Source: Euglena gracilis
Taxonomy: Eukaryota
NCBI GenBank assembly: GCA_039621445.1
Contig: CP154954.1
Span: forward strand, 17,018,589-17,082,588
Direction of reading: 5' to 3'
DNA length: 64,000 bases
The notes under the pieces: generated by a model
Databases searched by the model: none
Told to the model about the DNA's origin: nothing
Seen by the model: the letters and a program-made list of their open reading frames with translations, nothing else
Made by a program: the position numbers and the translations under genes
Shown: positions 1 through 11,145 of the stretch, piece by piece
Position numbering within the stretch: position 1 is the stretch's first letter
How the letters are laid out: each line of letters starts with the position of its first letter

Positions 1-1272
1 TCTGTTTCAGGGTTGGAATTAAAACACCTGGGAGGAGTAAAATACAAACAAACTGTTTTAAACATTTTTCAAACAGTTTCCAACAATTCAGATCGCGAAA
101 GACAGCCTGATTCCTAACTTCTGTGTCCCGGCGAAGTAACTGAAGATCAGGGACTGAATGGAACAAGCCTGGCCCATATCCTCTCCAGAATGGTATCTGT
201 TTGCCTTGCCCCCAAATCAAACAACACCCCACCAGAAAGCACCCAAATCAATCCCCCAAATGAGCCCCAGCAGCCTCAAAAAAGTTCCATCTTCCAAATC
301 AATCTCCCAAATGATCCCCAGCAGCCCCAAAAAAGTTCCATCTTCCAAATTCCAACCCCCATCTACAACACCCTGGAGGATGAAAACAGGAAGTCAGCTG
401 ATTGGACAGTGGGTTTCCAGGAGCCCCCCCCCCTCTAGAGAGGGGAGCCCCCCCAGGGGGGACAAGGAAAGGAATTTTTGGAAATTAAGACAAAAAAGTT
501 GGTCGACACCATGGGTCAGACCCCTGGGAGACATTTTAAAGGAAAGACTCACCGACAAAAAACACAAGTGGGAACACATGGGGAGGAGCTTGGACTTAAA
601 GTTGTCCAAATGGGCCCCAAAGCCCTTCCAACCCCCACCCCCCCCCCGCCAGCGCCGGAACCGGGGACCATTATCCCTGGGGGGGGCCCAACCCAAAACA
701 TTTCCCACAGAGACCCCCCACAGGGGGGCACCAGGGAGACCCCAACCCAGCAGGCCGCCCCCGCAGCCCACCCGAGGTGGGGACACCCACGGCCCAAAAC
801 ACCACCTCAAAGCATCACAGTGACGGACCTCCGGGAAGTGGGCACGCAGTACACACCCCCCCCCCCCCCCCCGGAAGAAGACCACCAGCCAACCACAACC
901 AGGACGAAAAGGAGGATCGCCCCCAACAGGTCGCCAACCCTCCCCCCCCTGTGGAGATATTATCCCAGGAAATGGGGCGACCCCCTCCATATTCCCATCG
1001 GTTTTGGCGGACAGTCTCTCTCACCCTCTTACTGGCAGCAGACGGACTCGGAGAGCGGGGAAGAGTATCCCGCCCGTGCGTGCACCCGAGCGGCACCCCC
1101 CCCCCCGGAGGGACAAACCAAGAGATTGCGCGGAAGAGCGGAGCTCCCCAAACCGGTCCTAGTCCAAAGCAGGATGTGGAGGCAGGAACTCTCCCGTTTC
1201 ACGGTATGGTGCAAGCGGGAACAATGTTTCCTCTTCCAAAAAGACTGCTGGAACAGGCACTTCAAGGTGCGC

Positions 1273-1338
1273 TGTGGACTCTGCCATCGCCTTCTGCCCA
1301 GCACACCCAAAACGCTGGATCAACATTATTTCGTGTGC
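1273..1338 (+). other. Zinc-finger-like motif CGLC-x13-H-x3-C in the retroelement ORF
   Basis: Translation CGLCHRLLPSTPKTLDQHYFVC in ORF 478-1656. Confidence 0.5.
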
Positions 1339-1380
1339 ACGATACAATTTATGCACGAGGCAGATGAAATTGAGTCGCTT

Positions 1381-1431
1381 GGACGGGGGACGGCAACTGC
1401 TGGGGGCTGTGTGGAGGAGAATCCGGGGCCG
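1381..1431 (+). other. 2A-like (ribosome-skipping) peptide 1: GRGTATAGGCVEENPGP
   Basis: Matches the 2A core (D)VExNPG|P with C in place of D; lies immediately upstream of the MTase domain. Confidence 0.6.
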
Positions 1432-1845
1432 GCCTCAGCTGACGGGGACTACATGCTGGACGCCCCGTGGCAACGAAGAGTTGTCCAGAGGCTGAGCCCA
1501 GTTCTGGAGCCCGAAATAGACGCCTTCGCGGCTGCACATAACAGTCATTACCCTCACTTCTGGGATAAGAGCACAAATGCGCTTCTGCAGGACTGGAATC
1601 GGAGAAACCCGGTATGGATGAACCCGCCGTGGCACTCTTGCTGCCCCAGATTCTAAACAAGCTCAAGGCAGAAGGAGGGCATGTCCTTCTCCTGTGTCCA
1701 TCCACGCGGCCAGAACTGCACCACCTCCTGCTGATTGCGGAAAACTCTCTCCGCTTACCTACCGGAACCCCATTGTATCGTGCCCAGGGGAATCTGCTTT
1801 TGGAACCGCCACCGTGGTCCACATGGGCCATGCGGATACACACGA
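1432..1845 (+). pseudogene. Dam-like/DIRS-MT-like DNA N6-adenine methyltransferase domain (frameshift just after NPPW)
   Basis: IDAFAAAHN...NALLQDW...VWMNPPW (NPPW at 1621-1632), continuing in the next frame as LLPQILNKLKAEGGHVLLLCP...PPPWSTWAMRI. Confidence 0.8.
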
Positions 1846-2076
1846 AGCCCCTGTCCCGCACATCCGCCCGACCGACGTGTCGGATGACGCCACCGTATCA
1901 GCGGTCACGCCACACCAAAATCCCGCACATCAGGGCCACGGATCTGCCGCCCCCCCGAGGCATGGGTCGCCCTCGACTGCGCCAAAGGATCCTTCCGACT
2001 CATTCCATTCGCCTCACGCCTCTTCCTGTTGCAAAAGGGGTATCTCTGGGACATTCGCTTACCGCCACCAGAACAG

Positions 2077-2115
2077 TGCCCGCACTGTGGCCAAAGTCAC
2101 TGGCCTTGGGACTGC
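2077..2115 (+). other. CCHC-like zinc knuckle CPHCGQSHWPWDC (frame not in the ORF track)
   Basis: Manual translation of TGC CCG CAC TGT GGC CAA AGT CAC TGG CCT TGG GAC TGC. Confidence 0.55.
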
Positions 2116-2182
2116 CACACCCTCATCTGGCTGATCGGCCCCCTCCCACGCGCCGCATCGGGCCCGCCCGCCTTTCAGATTA

Positions 2183-2597
2183 CCCCCACCCCCTAGTCGT
2201 ATGACCGGGTTCCTGCAACCTGTGACCGGGGGGGGGGGGGTGGTCATAACACCCCCATAACCTGCAACCTGTGACCGGGGGGTGGTCATAGATGAGGGGG
2301 CGGTCGTAGAAGTGTGTGAAAACTGTCCCAAAATGGCAGATTTACCCCCCCCCAAATGTCCCATTTTTCAAAAATCCGGCGCTTCGCGCCGGCAGGGGGG
2401 ACCTTATTTTGGGGGGGTCCATTTCATGGATTTTTGCTCGGACCGGCCAGGGGGGGGGACTTATTTTTGGGGGTTAAATTTTTCGCAACCTGCAACCTGT
2501 GACCGGGGGGGGGTGGTCATAACACCCCCAAGACCTGCAACCTGTGACCGGGGGGTGGTCATAAATGAGGGGTGGTCGTACGACTAGGGGGGGGGGG
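2183..2597. mobile_element. Tc1/mariner-type MITE inserted in the non-LTR element
   Basis: TIR CCCCC(A)CCCCCTAGTCGTATGACC / GGTCGTACGACTAGGGGGGGGGGG, with TA duplicated at 2181-2182 and 2598-2599. Confidence 0.85.
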
Positions 2598-2640
2598 TAC
2601 AAGTGGGATGCGCCCCACAGCCCCCTACCAGGGCAGACGT

Positions 2641-2694
2641 GACGGACGGGGCAGCCTGCTCACCTGTGGATACGTAGAGGAGAATCCCGGACCA
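2641..2694 (+). other. 2A-like peptide 2: DGRGSLLTCGYVEENPGP (T2A-like)
   Basis: 16/18 identical to Thosea asigna T2A (EGRGSLLTCGDVEENPGP); directly precedes the RT-containing segment. Confidence 0.85.
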
Positions 2695-4752
2695 GCCAAG
2701 CGCCCAGCACCTGCGTCACCCCGCGCTGCACCGGAGGTGGCAGCTGTCCGGGACCAGGACCTCCTGTTGCTAGACCTTGCACACCCGGAACGCGACGCCG
2801 CAGTGGTCATCGACAGCGCCGGGCAGGAGTCCAATCTCCGGGGGCAGTCCACGCACACCCTCGTCGTGGGCACCCCCCCTTGCGACATCACCCACATCCT
2901 ACAGCAAAGAATCCCGACCCTCCTTCACCTACCTTCGGCCTGCCAACAACATGTCTTTGACACCATGGCAGATGCCATCAGCACCTATGCCCACGCACCC
3001 TCAGACGCAGCATTGTTCGGGGTACTCTCCTTCCCAAAGCTCGTCCTACGACCGGTTTCAACAAGCACACCACCCCCGGCTGCCGAGCTGGAGTCCATCC
3101 TGCTGAGACGCACCAGACTTTTCCGCGAGGGGGATTACGCCAGCCTCCTGTCAGAGGCAATGAAGGACACACAGACACGACACTCCATCGTGGAGACCAG
3201 GGCGGAGAAACGCTCTAGAACACAGCCGTCTGCCCTCAGTGAGGCTATGACGAGACGTGTTCGCACCCTCACGGCCGAAGGGGCGTCTGCAAAGGCGGTC
3301 CAGGTACTGCTCTCCGAGGGCGCTCACCAACCCTGACGACCCGGAAGTCTGGGCCGCCCTGGAGAAGCTGCATCCGCCTGGCAGACATGTCGACACCAAC
3401 CGCCTCCCACGGCACGTGCGGCCTTTCTCAGAGAACTACAGCCCTGAATGGGAGGACAGACTGAAGGAGGCCATCCGCCGTTTCCCACGGGGATCCGCAC
3501 CAGGACCATCAGGCCTGCGGCCCAGCCACCTCCAAGACTGCCTGCGCAGACCGGGCCGGGGGGCGAAGCTGATCACAGCCCTTGCACGACTGACCCACGT
3601 CTGGGTTCACGGTCAACTGCCACCGCACCACGCTGCGGCCTGGTGCTGCGCAAACCTGACACCCCTCCGCAAGAAGGACAACGGGGTGCGACCTGTAGCG
3701 GTGGGGGAGACCATTCGACGCCTGGTGGGGAAGGCGCTGCTCCAGACACCAAATGCACGGTCGGAGGTCGCAACCCTCGCCCCCACACAGGTTGGGGTAG
3801 GGGTACGAAATGCGGCTGAAGCCGTCGCCCTGGGCATGCAACACCTCGTCAATCGGCTGGGGGACACATCGCCCTGGGTATCTCTCCAGGTGGACTACTC
3901 CAACGCGTTCAACACTGTGGACCGCGGGGCAATCCTCACGGAAGCAGAGACACGGACCCCCAGCCTGTTCAATTTCCTGAGGTTTGCCTACAGCACACCC
4001 GTGCCCCTCTTCTGCGGCGGCCGGTCCATCCTCTCACAACGGGGGACACACCAAGGCTGTCCTCTGGGCCCCATTGGGTTCGCCCTGGCACTACAGCCCC
4101 TACTGGAGCAGATTACCAGGGACGGCCAGCTACTGTGGAACAGCTGGTACCTGGACGATGGCCTTTTGGTCGGGACCCCGGACAGGATTGAGCACTGCCT
4201 ACGTTTCCTGCTGCAAGAGTCCCACCGTATAGGTCTCGGCCTGAACCTGCGAAAATGCGTCCTGTGGGGCCCGGGAGCGAAAAGCACACCCAGCCGCGAC
4301 AAATTACAGCTTGTCCCTTGGACACCAGGGGAGGGCATTACCGGTACTGTCCTCGGCATCCCAGTTGACCACCCGGCATCTTCAGACACCACCAAGACAG
4401 CGGGGGAAGACGCTGCCGCCAAATTTGAGAAGGCCGCATCCACAATAACTTCCCTGACCGACGCCCAGGTAGCACATCATCTGCTACGGAGCTGCCTGGA
4501 CGGCTGCAAGGTGAACCATCTTCTGCATGCGTCCAACTCCTATGGCAGCCAAGACCAAGTAAGCAGCTGCTCGGAGGCAATCATGAACGCCTTCGAGGAC
4601 ATACTGGGCACGGCGCTAAACTCGCAACAGCGGACACAGGCCTCGCTGCCCCTGTCAAGTGGCGGCTGCGGCCTTCGCATACCGTCATACACCCAACCCG
4701 CGGCAAGGATTTCCTGCCTCGCAGATTTCTACTCAGACGGGGCCCGGCGGGT
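2695..4752 (+). pseudogene. Non-LTR reverse transcriptase ORF, CRE-like (frameshift ~3325, C-terminus lost)
   Basis: SAPGPSGLRPSHL, LRKKDNGVRPVAVGETIRRL, QVGVG, VDYSNAFN, GTHQGCPLGP, WYLDDG (YLDD 4148-4159), LNLRKC, SLPLSSGGCGL. Confidence 0.9.
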
Positions 4753-6826
4753 AGCAATGGCCAAAAGTTTTCAAAAGGCGTGAAATTTCAGTAAATTGAA
4801 ATTTGCACGGTTTTATTGCATTTTTCCATATTTTCATGAAATCTCAGAAAATTGAAATCTAAAAAATTTCAAAGCATTCGCGGCGATCGCGGACGGAAGG
4901 ACTTCCTAATTGGGTGTGTTCTCCCCTTGAAATTCGTTGTTTTTCTTTGTTTGGAACTCAGAATCCAACTATTTGAAGGATAAGGAATATATTGATGCAG
5001 TATTTATTGAACGTCGAAACAGGTGTGCCCCCGAAGGTGACTTTTGAAGAATTCTTCTCCTGGTCTTTTCTGGTGCATCTAGACCACTTTCAAAAAATTG
5101 CCATTTTTTTCAAAATACGCTCCGCTGGGTGACAATTTTGAGTGCCACCCTCATTTGCGCCTGGAGCAAAGCGTGAGAAAGGCCTCAGCAGCAATTCCAA
5201 AGAAATAAACTCCAAGTGGTTCCGCAATGTGTCTTTGTATGTAAAATTTTGAGATAATATTTCCTTCAAAAAAAATAATAAATTGATATTGCATTTTTGA
5301 AATTCCAGGCGCAATTGCGCCAGGACCAACACAGGGGGGCGCAGTTTTTGAGCACCATTCCCAAACATCATTCACCAAATTGCAACACAAAAAAATGCAT
5401 TTTCAAAAAATGGAAACTACAAAACACTTCAACTTTGAAGAAGAACAAACACTACCCTTCAAAAAATTGATTCAACTACTTCCCTTGCTGCTATTTTTAT
5501 TTTTCTGCAATCACCTGCTGGGGGGGGGGGGACATCAGGGCAGACCTTTTTTATACTCTTTCCCCCCTGACCTGGGCTGGCCGTGGCCGAAGGCAGGTCG
5601 GGGGGGGGGGTCAGGCTGGGCAGACTTTTTTAAAAACTCCTTCCCCCTGACCTGGGCTGGCCGAGGCCGAAGGCAGGTCGGGGGGGGGGGTCAGGCTGGG
5701 CAGACTTTTTTAAAACTCCTTCCCCCTGACCTGGTCTGGCCGAGGCCGAAGGCAGGTCGGGGGGGGGGGGGTTCTGGCTGAGCAGCAGAAAATACAGCTT
5801 TTTTTCGACCCAGCCAGTTGAGTTTCCAGATGACTGACCCGGGTCGTCATGGAGCCAATGGCGGATGTCATTTACAGCCATCTGGCATGTTCAGATGGGC
5901 CAGGTGGGGCTGTTTTAATGGATTCTTTTTGCATTTCACCCAGCAGTTTTGGAGTCGTTTGGGTTGTTTTGTCCACTCTGTGACCCGGGTTGCTGACCCC
6001 CAGGTTCAGGCGTTCAGTAGCACCGGAATAAGTTTATGTTGTTGTATCCTGCACAGTTTATAATGTGCCTCCACCAGGTTTTTGGTTTGGCAGAACCGAA
6101 GGCCCTGGGGGGGAGGGCATTTTTCTCTCTCCCAGCCGAAATTAGGCTGAAAGGATGCCAATTTCTGGACTGGGGGGGGGGGGCAGCATTTTTATCTCTC
6201 CCCGCCGAAATATGGCTGAAAGAATGCCAATTTCTGGACTGGGGGGGGGGGGCAGCATTTTTATCTCCCCCAGCAGGAATCAGGCCGAAAGGAAGCCAAT
6301 TTCTGGGCTGGGAGGGGGCAGCTCTTTTTGTCTCTCTACCTCCCCGAACCTGGGTCAGATGATGGCAGGCCGGGGGGGGGGGCAGCAAAAATACCCAGAA
6401 CCAAAGATTTGGGCTGTGGCTGATGCATTTTTACCTCCACCAGGTTTACGGTTGTACCGAACCGAAAACCCTGGGGGGGGGGGGCAGGAATTTAAACGGC
6501 CAGGATGAGAATGGCTGTGGCTGTGGCAGTGACAGTTTATTTTCTCAGAATTTTCCACAGTCGGTTGGCATAAAAAAATATCTCTCCTCTCAACCGTTTC
6601 GGGCTGGGTCAGCCCTCAACGATGGGGGGGGGGGGGCTGTGCGAAGGAATATTTTCCCAGAAGATTTCAGCCCAAAGCATAAACACCCCAGCCAGTTCGG
6701 TGACAAGAGCCCAGAACTGGGGGGGGGGGGGGCAGCCCGCAAGAAAACAGAATGGGGTTCCATTCCCTGACCTGATTTTTGGCTGTTTAGAGCCGAAATC
6801 GGGGGGGGGGGGTTCAGAATGAATTA

Positions 6827-6994
6827 CCATGCCCCCCCCAATATAAGACCCCCCCCCATATAAGACCCCCCCCTGGCCGGCCGAAGGCCGGCCCTTTGGC
6901 CGGGACCGACCCCCCAATATAAGACCCCCCACCATATAAGACCCCCCCCTAGGATTTTGGCTCCCGAGGGGGGGTCTTATATGGGGGGGCATGG
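6827..6994. mobile_element. TA-flanked MITE inside the LTR (copy at 21690-21859)
   Basis: TIR CCATGCCCCCCCA(A)TATAAGACCCCCC / GGGGGGTCTTATATGGGGGGGCATGG with TA on both sides. Confidence 0.8.
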
Positions 6995-6996
6995 TA

Positions 6997-7177
6997 CCAC
7001 CCCCCCTAAATGACCCCCCCCCCTAGATGACCCCCCTGGGGGGTCATCCAGGGGGGGTCATGGAGTAGAGCAATTTTTCAGTGGGAAAAGTATCCCCCCC
7101 CCCCAGATGACCCTCCCCCCCTAGATGACCCTTTGGGGGGTCCTGAAGCAACATCAATAGGGTCATTTAGGGGGGGG
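6997..7177. mobile_element. Second TA-flanked MITE abutting the first inside the LTR (copy at 21862-22044)
   Basis: TIR CCCCCCTAAATGACCC / GGGTCATTTAGGGGGG; shares the TA at 6995-6996, second TA at 7178-7179. Confidence 0.75.
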
Positions 7178-7788
7178 TATTTGCCCCCCTGATTTAGGCT
7201 CGTTCGGAGCCGAAGTTCGGGGGGGGGGCAAAATACAGAATTTAAAACACGTTGTCCCCTCTGCAGCGTCTTCCCATTTTTCCTATATTATGCTTCAACT
7301 TCCATCTCTCGATTGTCTATCCCAGGAACTCAAGTACTTTGCACAAACTCAATTTCGCTACAAGAATTCAATTGATTTGTTTGTGCTTCAATTCAATCTT
7401 TGCAAGCGGAGCGAGCGGTGTGACACGCACAAGCATGCACACAGCGGGGAATCAGGGAGGGGAAAAGCAAGTAGGGAGTCCACGGGCCGAGGTTGGGGAA
7501 ATTCCAGGTTTAACCCCGTTCCTAGCAACAGCCCAAAACACTCCGGGGGGTGGACCTGAGCCCACCCACCCCCTGCATTCGGTGTGTCCGGTTCCCCTCG
7601 AGGGGGCCGGGCAGGGTGGGGCGTGTGCCGAGACCACGGGAACTGGAGCCCTCCGGGTTGCGGGGGGGGGACAGTCCCCGGGGGGGATCGGGGCAAAACC
7701 TGCCGACGCACCCAGGAGTGGCTGACGGCCACGGAAATTTTGAAAATCGATCCTACGCCGGGGACCCCGAGGACGGGTTCCGCGGACA

Positions 7789-7800
7789 TGGTAGCAGAGG
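7789..7800 (+). promoter_or_regulatory. Primer-binding site complementary to the initiator tRNA-Met 3' end
   Basis: TGGTAGCAGAGG directly after the LTR-terminal CA; complementary to ...CCUCUGCUACCA. Confidence 0.9.
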
Positions 7801-7888
7801 TTTGTCAACTGATCATGTTGTTAGTCATGATCAGTTTGAAAATGCAGCGACTTTTCAGAATTATCAGAAATTTTCCCCCCAGTTTCAG

Positions 7889-10800
7889 ATGGGTGGAAAT
7901 ACTTCTCACACCATTTCAGATATGGCACATTCTTCGAATGAAAACCTGGGTGCACTTGTGTTAATTTCCCAGCCGGCTGCTGAGGAATTTACTTTCGGCA
8001 GGACACCAGGATTTTTCAGGAATTCTGGCCCAGATTTTTCTGGGGATGGGGATATTCAATTTTCTGGTTTGGTATCTCCCAGTGGCCCAAGAAATCTTGA
8101 GTTTACAAACCAGCCCACCGATATTCAGCAAATTGAGTGGAACCCGGTTACAACTTCAGATTCGACACCAGCATTTTTGAAGATTGCTGGAAACCCTGAT
8201 TTTTCACCAATGTATTTTCCAGGGACAGCGATTGTTAATTTTAACGGGGATCAGACCTGCAGTGGGGTAGCAGCACCCACTGGAGGGCTGGGTTTTGTGG
8301 ACTCCCGCATGCACTTTCAGCCAAATGAAAATCTTCCTTTACTCCCTGTCCCTCTGCCCCATCCTCTACATGGTCCCTGTTCAGCGGGTGCAACCATAGG
8401 GGAGGTCCAGGGGGTTTTCCAAGGGGATGAGCTAACGGATAAGGATATGATCCAAGCCCTGATCCAAGCCCAAGTTCCCTTGGATGTATTTTTAACAGAG
8501 GAGGGTGAGAGATATCCACGGGAGATGGTAAAGGCACGGGTGCAAGAGTGGCAGAAGGGTTTACACCCAGGGGGGGGGAGCCGTTGGAAGACCCGATGGA
8601 GGGCTCCACCAACCCCCTAATTCGAGGGAGGGGCACACCCCCATCTGATGAATCAGTGATGGAGGTGAAAAGACCCCACCAAGATCTGGGGGTGGGTGAT
8701 GCTCAGAAAGATGGGCAAACTGACATTTTTCTGAACAATGATTCTGAACAGCCAGCCCAGACCCAAATGGATTGTGGGGAGGAGGGCCCGGCTCCCCCAT
8801 ACCCATTTTGGGAGGAAGAAAATGAACGGTGGGGGTTGTGGGCCCAGGGGCTGTCAACTCAGCTTAATCAGATGAATGCCAGAGTTTCGAGTATGGAGGA
8901 GCAAGTGGTTCTGCGTGATGCACAGCCACTCGCTTATATATATATTGAAAAGTCTTTGGATGAGACGAGGGCACAAGTAGTGGAACACCTGGTTTTGGAG
9001 GGCATCAAATTATCAAATGCATTGGAGCAAAAGGCCGAGCAGATTTTGCTTCAATGCAGAAACAAAGTCGATCAACATATGCTGGAATTTTCTGCACAGC
9101 AGTAGGACCATATTTCCAACTTTGTTCAGCGGGCCGTGGCTGAACTCCAAATCCAAATGACCTGTGTCAGGTCAGAAAATAATTTGGTGCAACAGTTTGA
9201 AAGGAATTATCAAAAGGAGAGACAGAAAAATGAGAATTTGGAGAGAGGACTACAAGAAATCCAACAAGAGGTGAAAAGCTTTCAACAGGAGCAAATGAAG
9301 GAAATCAGATTGCTCCATGAAAAGCAGGATCAGCAAATCCTGACACTGGGTCAGCAATTTACGGTGCTCACCGATGCGTTTATACAACAAATTCATGGCA
9401 GGGTCCTGCATAATGAAGCTGTGCAGTCACAGGTCCAGCATAGTTTGATGCAAAGTATTGCTGGGGGGCAGCAATCGGCAGAAAAGGGGATCCATGATTT
9501 GGAGGGTGCTATGCGAGGTTTTTCGCTGGGACTCCAATCATGCTCATCCCAAACACAAAATCTGCAGGGGGCAGTTCAAAATGTTGAGAAAGGGGTTCAG
9601 TCTGCTTTGGGGCAAGTGGCCAACCAGTTTTTGTCATCAGAATTTTCAGCAGCAAGAATAAACGATAAGCTCCTCCAGGTTGAAAGAAACCTAAAGGAGA
9701 AATCGTCATCTTCCACAGTCGCAGTCCCAGCACCGGTTGTGGTGCCTGTAACTGTGAATGTGGAACCAGTAATAGCAGTGCAGAAACCGGCTGACCTTGT
9801 GCAGCCTGTTCCCGCACTAGCCACCCCTGAGATTGGTTTTGTTTTGGAACCACTTGATGAAGGTCCTACCCCATTGTTTTCAGGATCTTTTCCTTCCTTG
9901 CAAAGCGGGAATCAAGGTCCCACTTATTCCATTCGACCAGTTTCTGCGGGGGGTGGAACAGGGGGTCAGCACCATCCGGTTTTACCCCTGGGGGGTGACC
10001 TGGTGGTGTCAGAAATTGCCAAGTCGATAAGACCTCCCCGATTCGACGATAGGTCTCCTGATTGACAGAATTTTGAGGCAGATTGGGAAATGCATTGGCA
10101 GGCCATTTCCCTGGGGAGGGAATACGGGGAGGCAATGAAGCTGCAGATTTTCGAGTCCTGTTTGTGTGACAGTCTCAAACAGGAAATTAAATTTCTGCAA
10201 CGTTCAGGAGCAAAGCCAGGATTCACGCCGGTTTTTGCGCGGATCAAGGCGAGATATGCACCTGAAAATAATTTTGAGGCTAGGAGGACTTGGTATAACA
10301 TATCGTTGAAGACCCCCTGGAAAGACCACCCGGGCAGATTGGAATGATTTCTGGGTGAGGTTTATGTCAGCCCAGCTTTGCGTGAAGGATACATCTGCCG
10401 AGGAAGCAATTCGGTTGCTCCTCAACAGAGTTCCTGAATTTATATCAAAGTGGATTACTGAGGATTCTTGCATTAAAACACAGAAAAATCCCCGTGTCAG
10501 GATGTTTGCCCCACCTGATTTGTCAGATCAGGTGTTGAGCAACACAATTGTCAGTTTGGTTGGCACTCCCCCCAAGGCAGTGAAATCCATGGGAGGGGGG
10601 GAGTACATAGTGGCTTTTGACTCCAGGACTCCCATGGAAAGGTTGATCAATTTCAATGGGAGGCGGATTGCCAATTACCCCAGACCCCTGCAGATCGAAG
10701 GAATAGAGTGGAAAATCACCCTTGATGAAATTTTCAGGCTTGTGGATGACAAATTGTGGATCCGCGAAAGACAGGAGACGGTCCTGAATTTCAACGCACT

Positions 10801-10975
10801 CTTTTGCTCTGGGAAGGGGAGCAAGGGAGGCAAGGGCAAAGGCTTTTCAGATTGGGGGAAAGGGAAAGGCAAAGGGAAAGGGCCGAATGCCTCTCCTCAC
10901 CAGCCAGTGCAGGGTGAAAGGAAGGGCGGGGGCCCGGCCCAGCCCGCACCTGCTCAGCCACAGGATGCTAAGTAG
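7889..10975 (+). pseudogene. Gag-like region (long coiled coil plus capsid-like part), broken by stops/frameshifts
   Basis: Consecutive + ORFs 7550-8620, 8548-9105, 9136-10065, 10090-10347 and 10355-10975 between the PBS and pol; IRPPRFDDR..WEMHW motif; GKGK-rich basic tail. Confidence 0.65.
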
Positions 10976-11145
10976 GGGGGCCTTGGGTTTTGCGAGGGAG
11001 GGGGCAGGACCTCTGGCTGTCAGGACCCCTCCACAGTGAAATGTGCTAACCACCCCAACCCTAAATCGAACCCGAAATCTGCCTTGCACCTCTGCCCGTC
11101 GTCACCAACCGTTGAGTCAATTCCTCCAGTGTATCTGCCTTCCAA

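Larger units (their letters stand above)
190..4752 (+). mobile_element. Degenerate non-LTR retrotransposon with CRE/R2-like RT; polyprotein order Zn finger - 2A - N6-adenine MTase - Zn knuckle - 2A - RT; 3' truncated
   Basis: Co-oriented frameshifted ORFs 478-1656, 1614-2204, 2572-3336 and 3257-4783 with the motifs listed below. GC-rich coding-like sequence switches abruptly to AT-rich DNA at ~4753, and no C-terminal endonuclease is seen. The 5' boundary is uncertain. Confidence 0.8.
5517..7788 (+). repeat. 5' LTR (5'-truncated)
   Basis: Near-identical to ~19891-22654 apart from homopolymer lengths and one MITE; ends in CA immediately before the PBS. Confidence 0.9.

Noticed and set aside
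2641-2694. T2A as cloning-vector contamination
   Set aside because: It has two amino-acid differences, no GSG linker or vector/reporter flanks, is in frame with the retroelement ORF, and a second diverged 2A lies upstream.
1432-4752. Classifying the MTase-bearing element as DIRS
   Set aside because: The RT motifs are non-LTR (CRE-like); no RNase H or tyrosine recombinase is seen; the MTase precedes the RT rather than following it.
5517-7788. Segmental duplication or assembly artefact instead of LTRs
   Set aside because: Homology stops exactly at CA followed by a tRNA-iMet PBS and brackets gag-pol; the copies differ by a TSD-flanked insertion.
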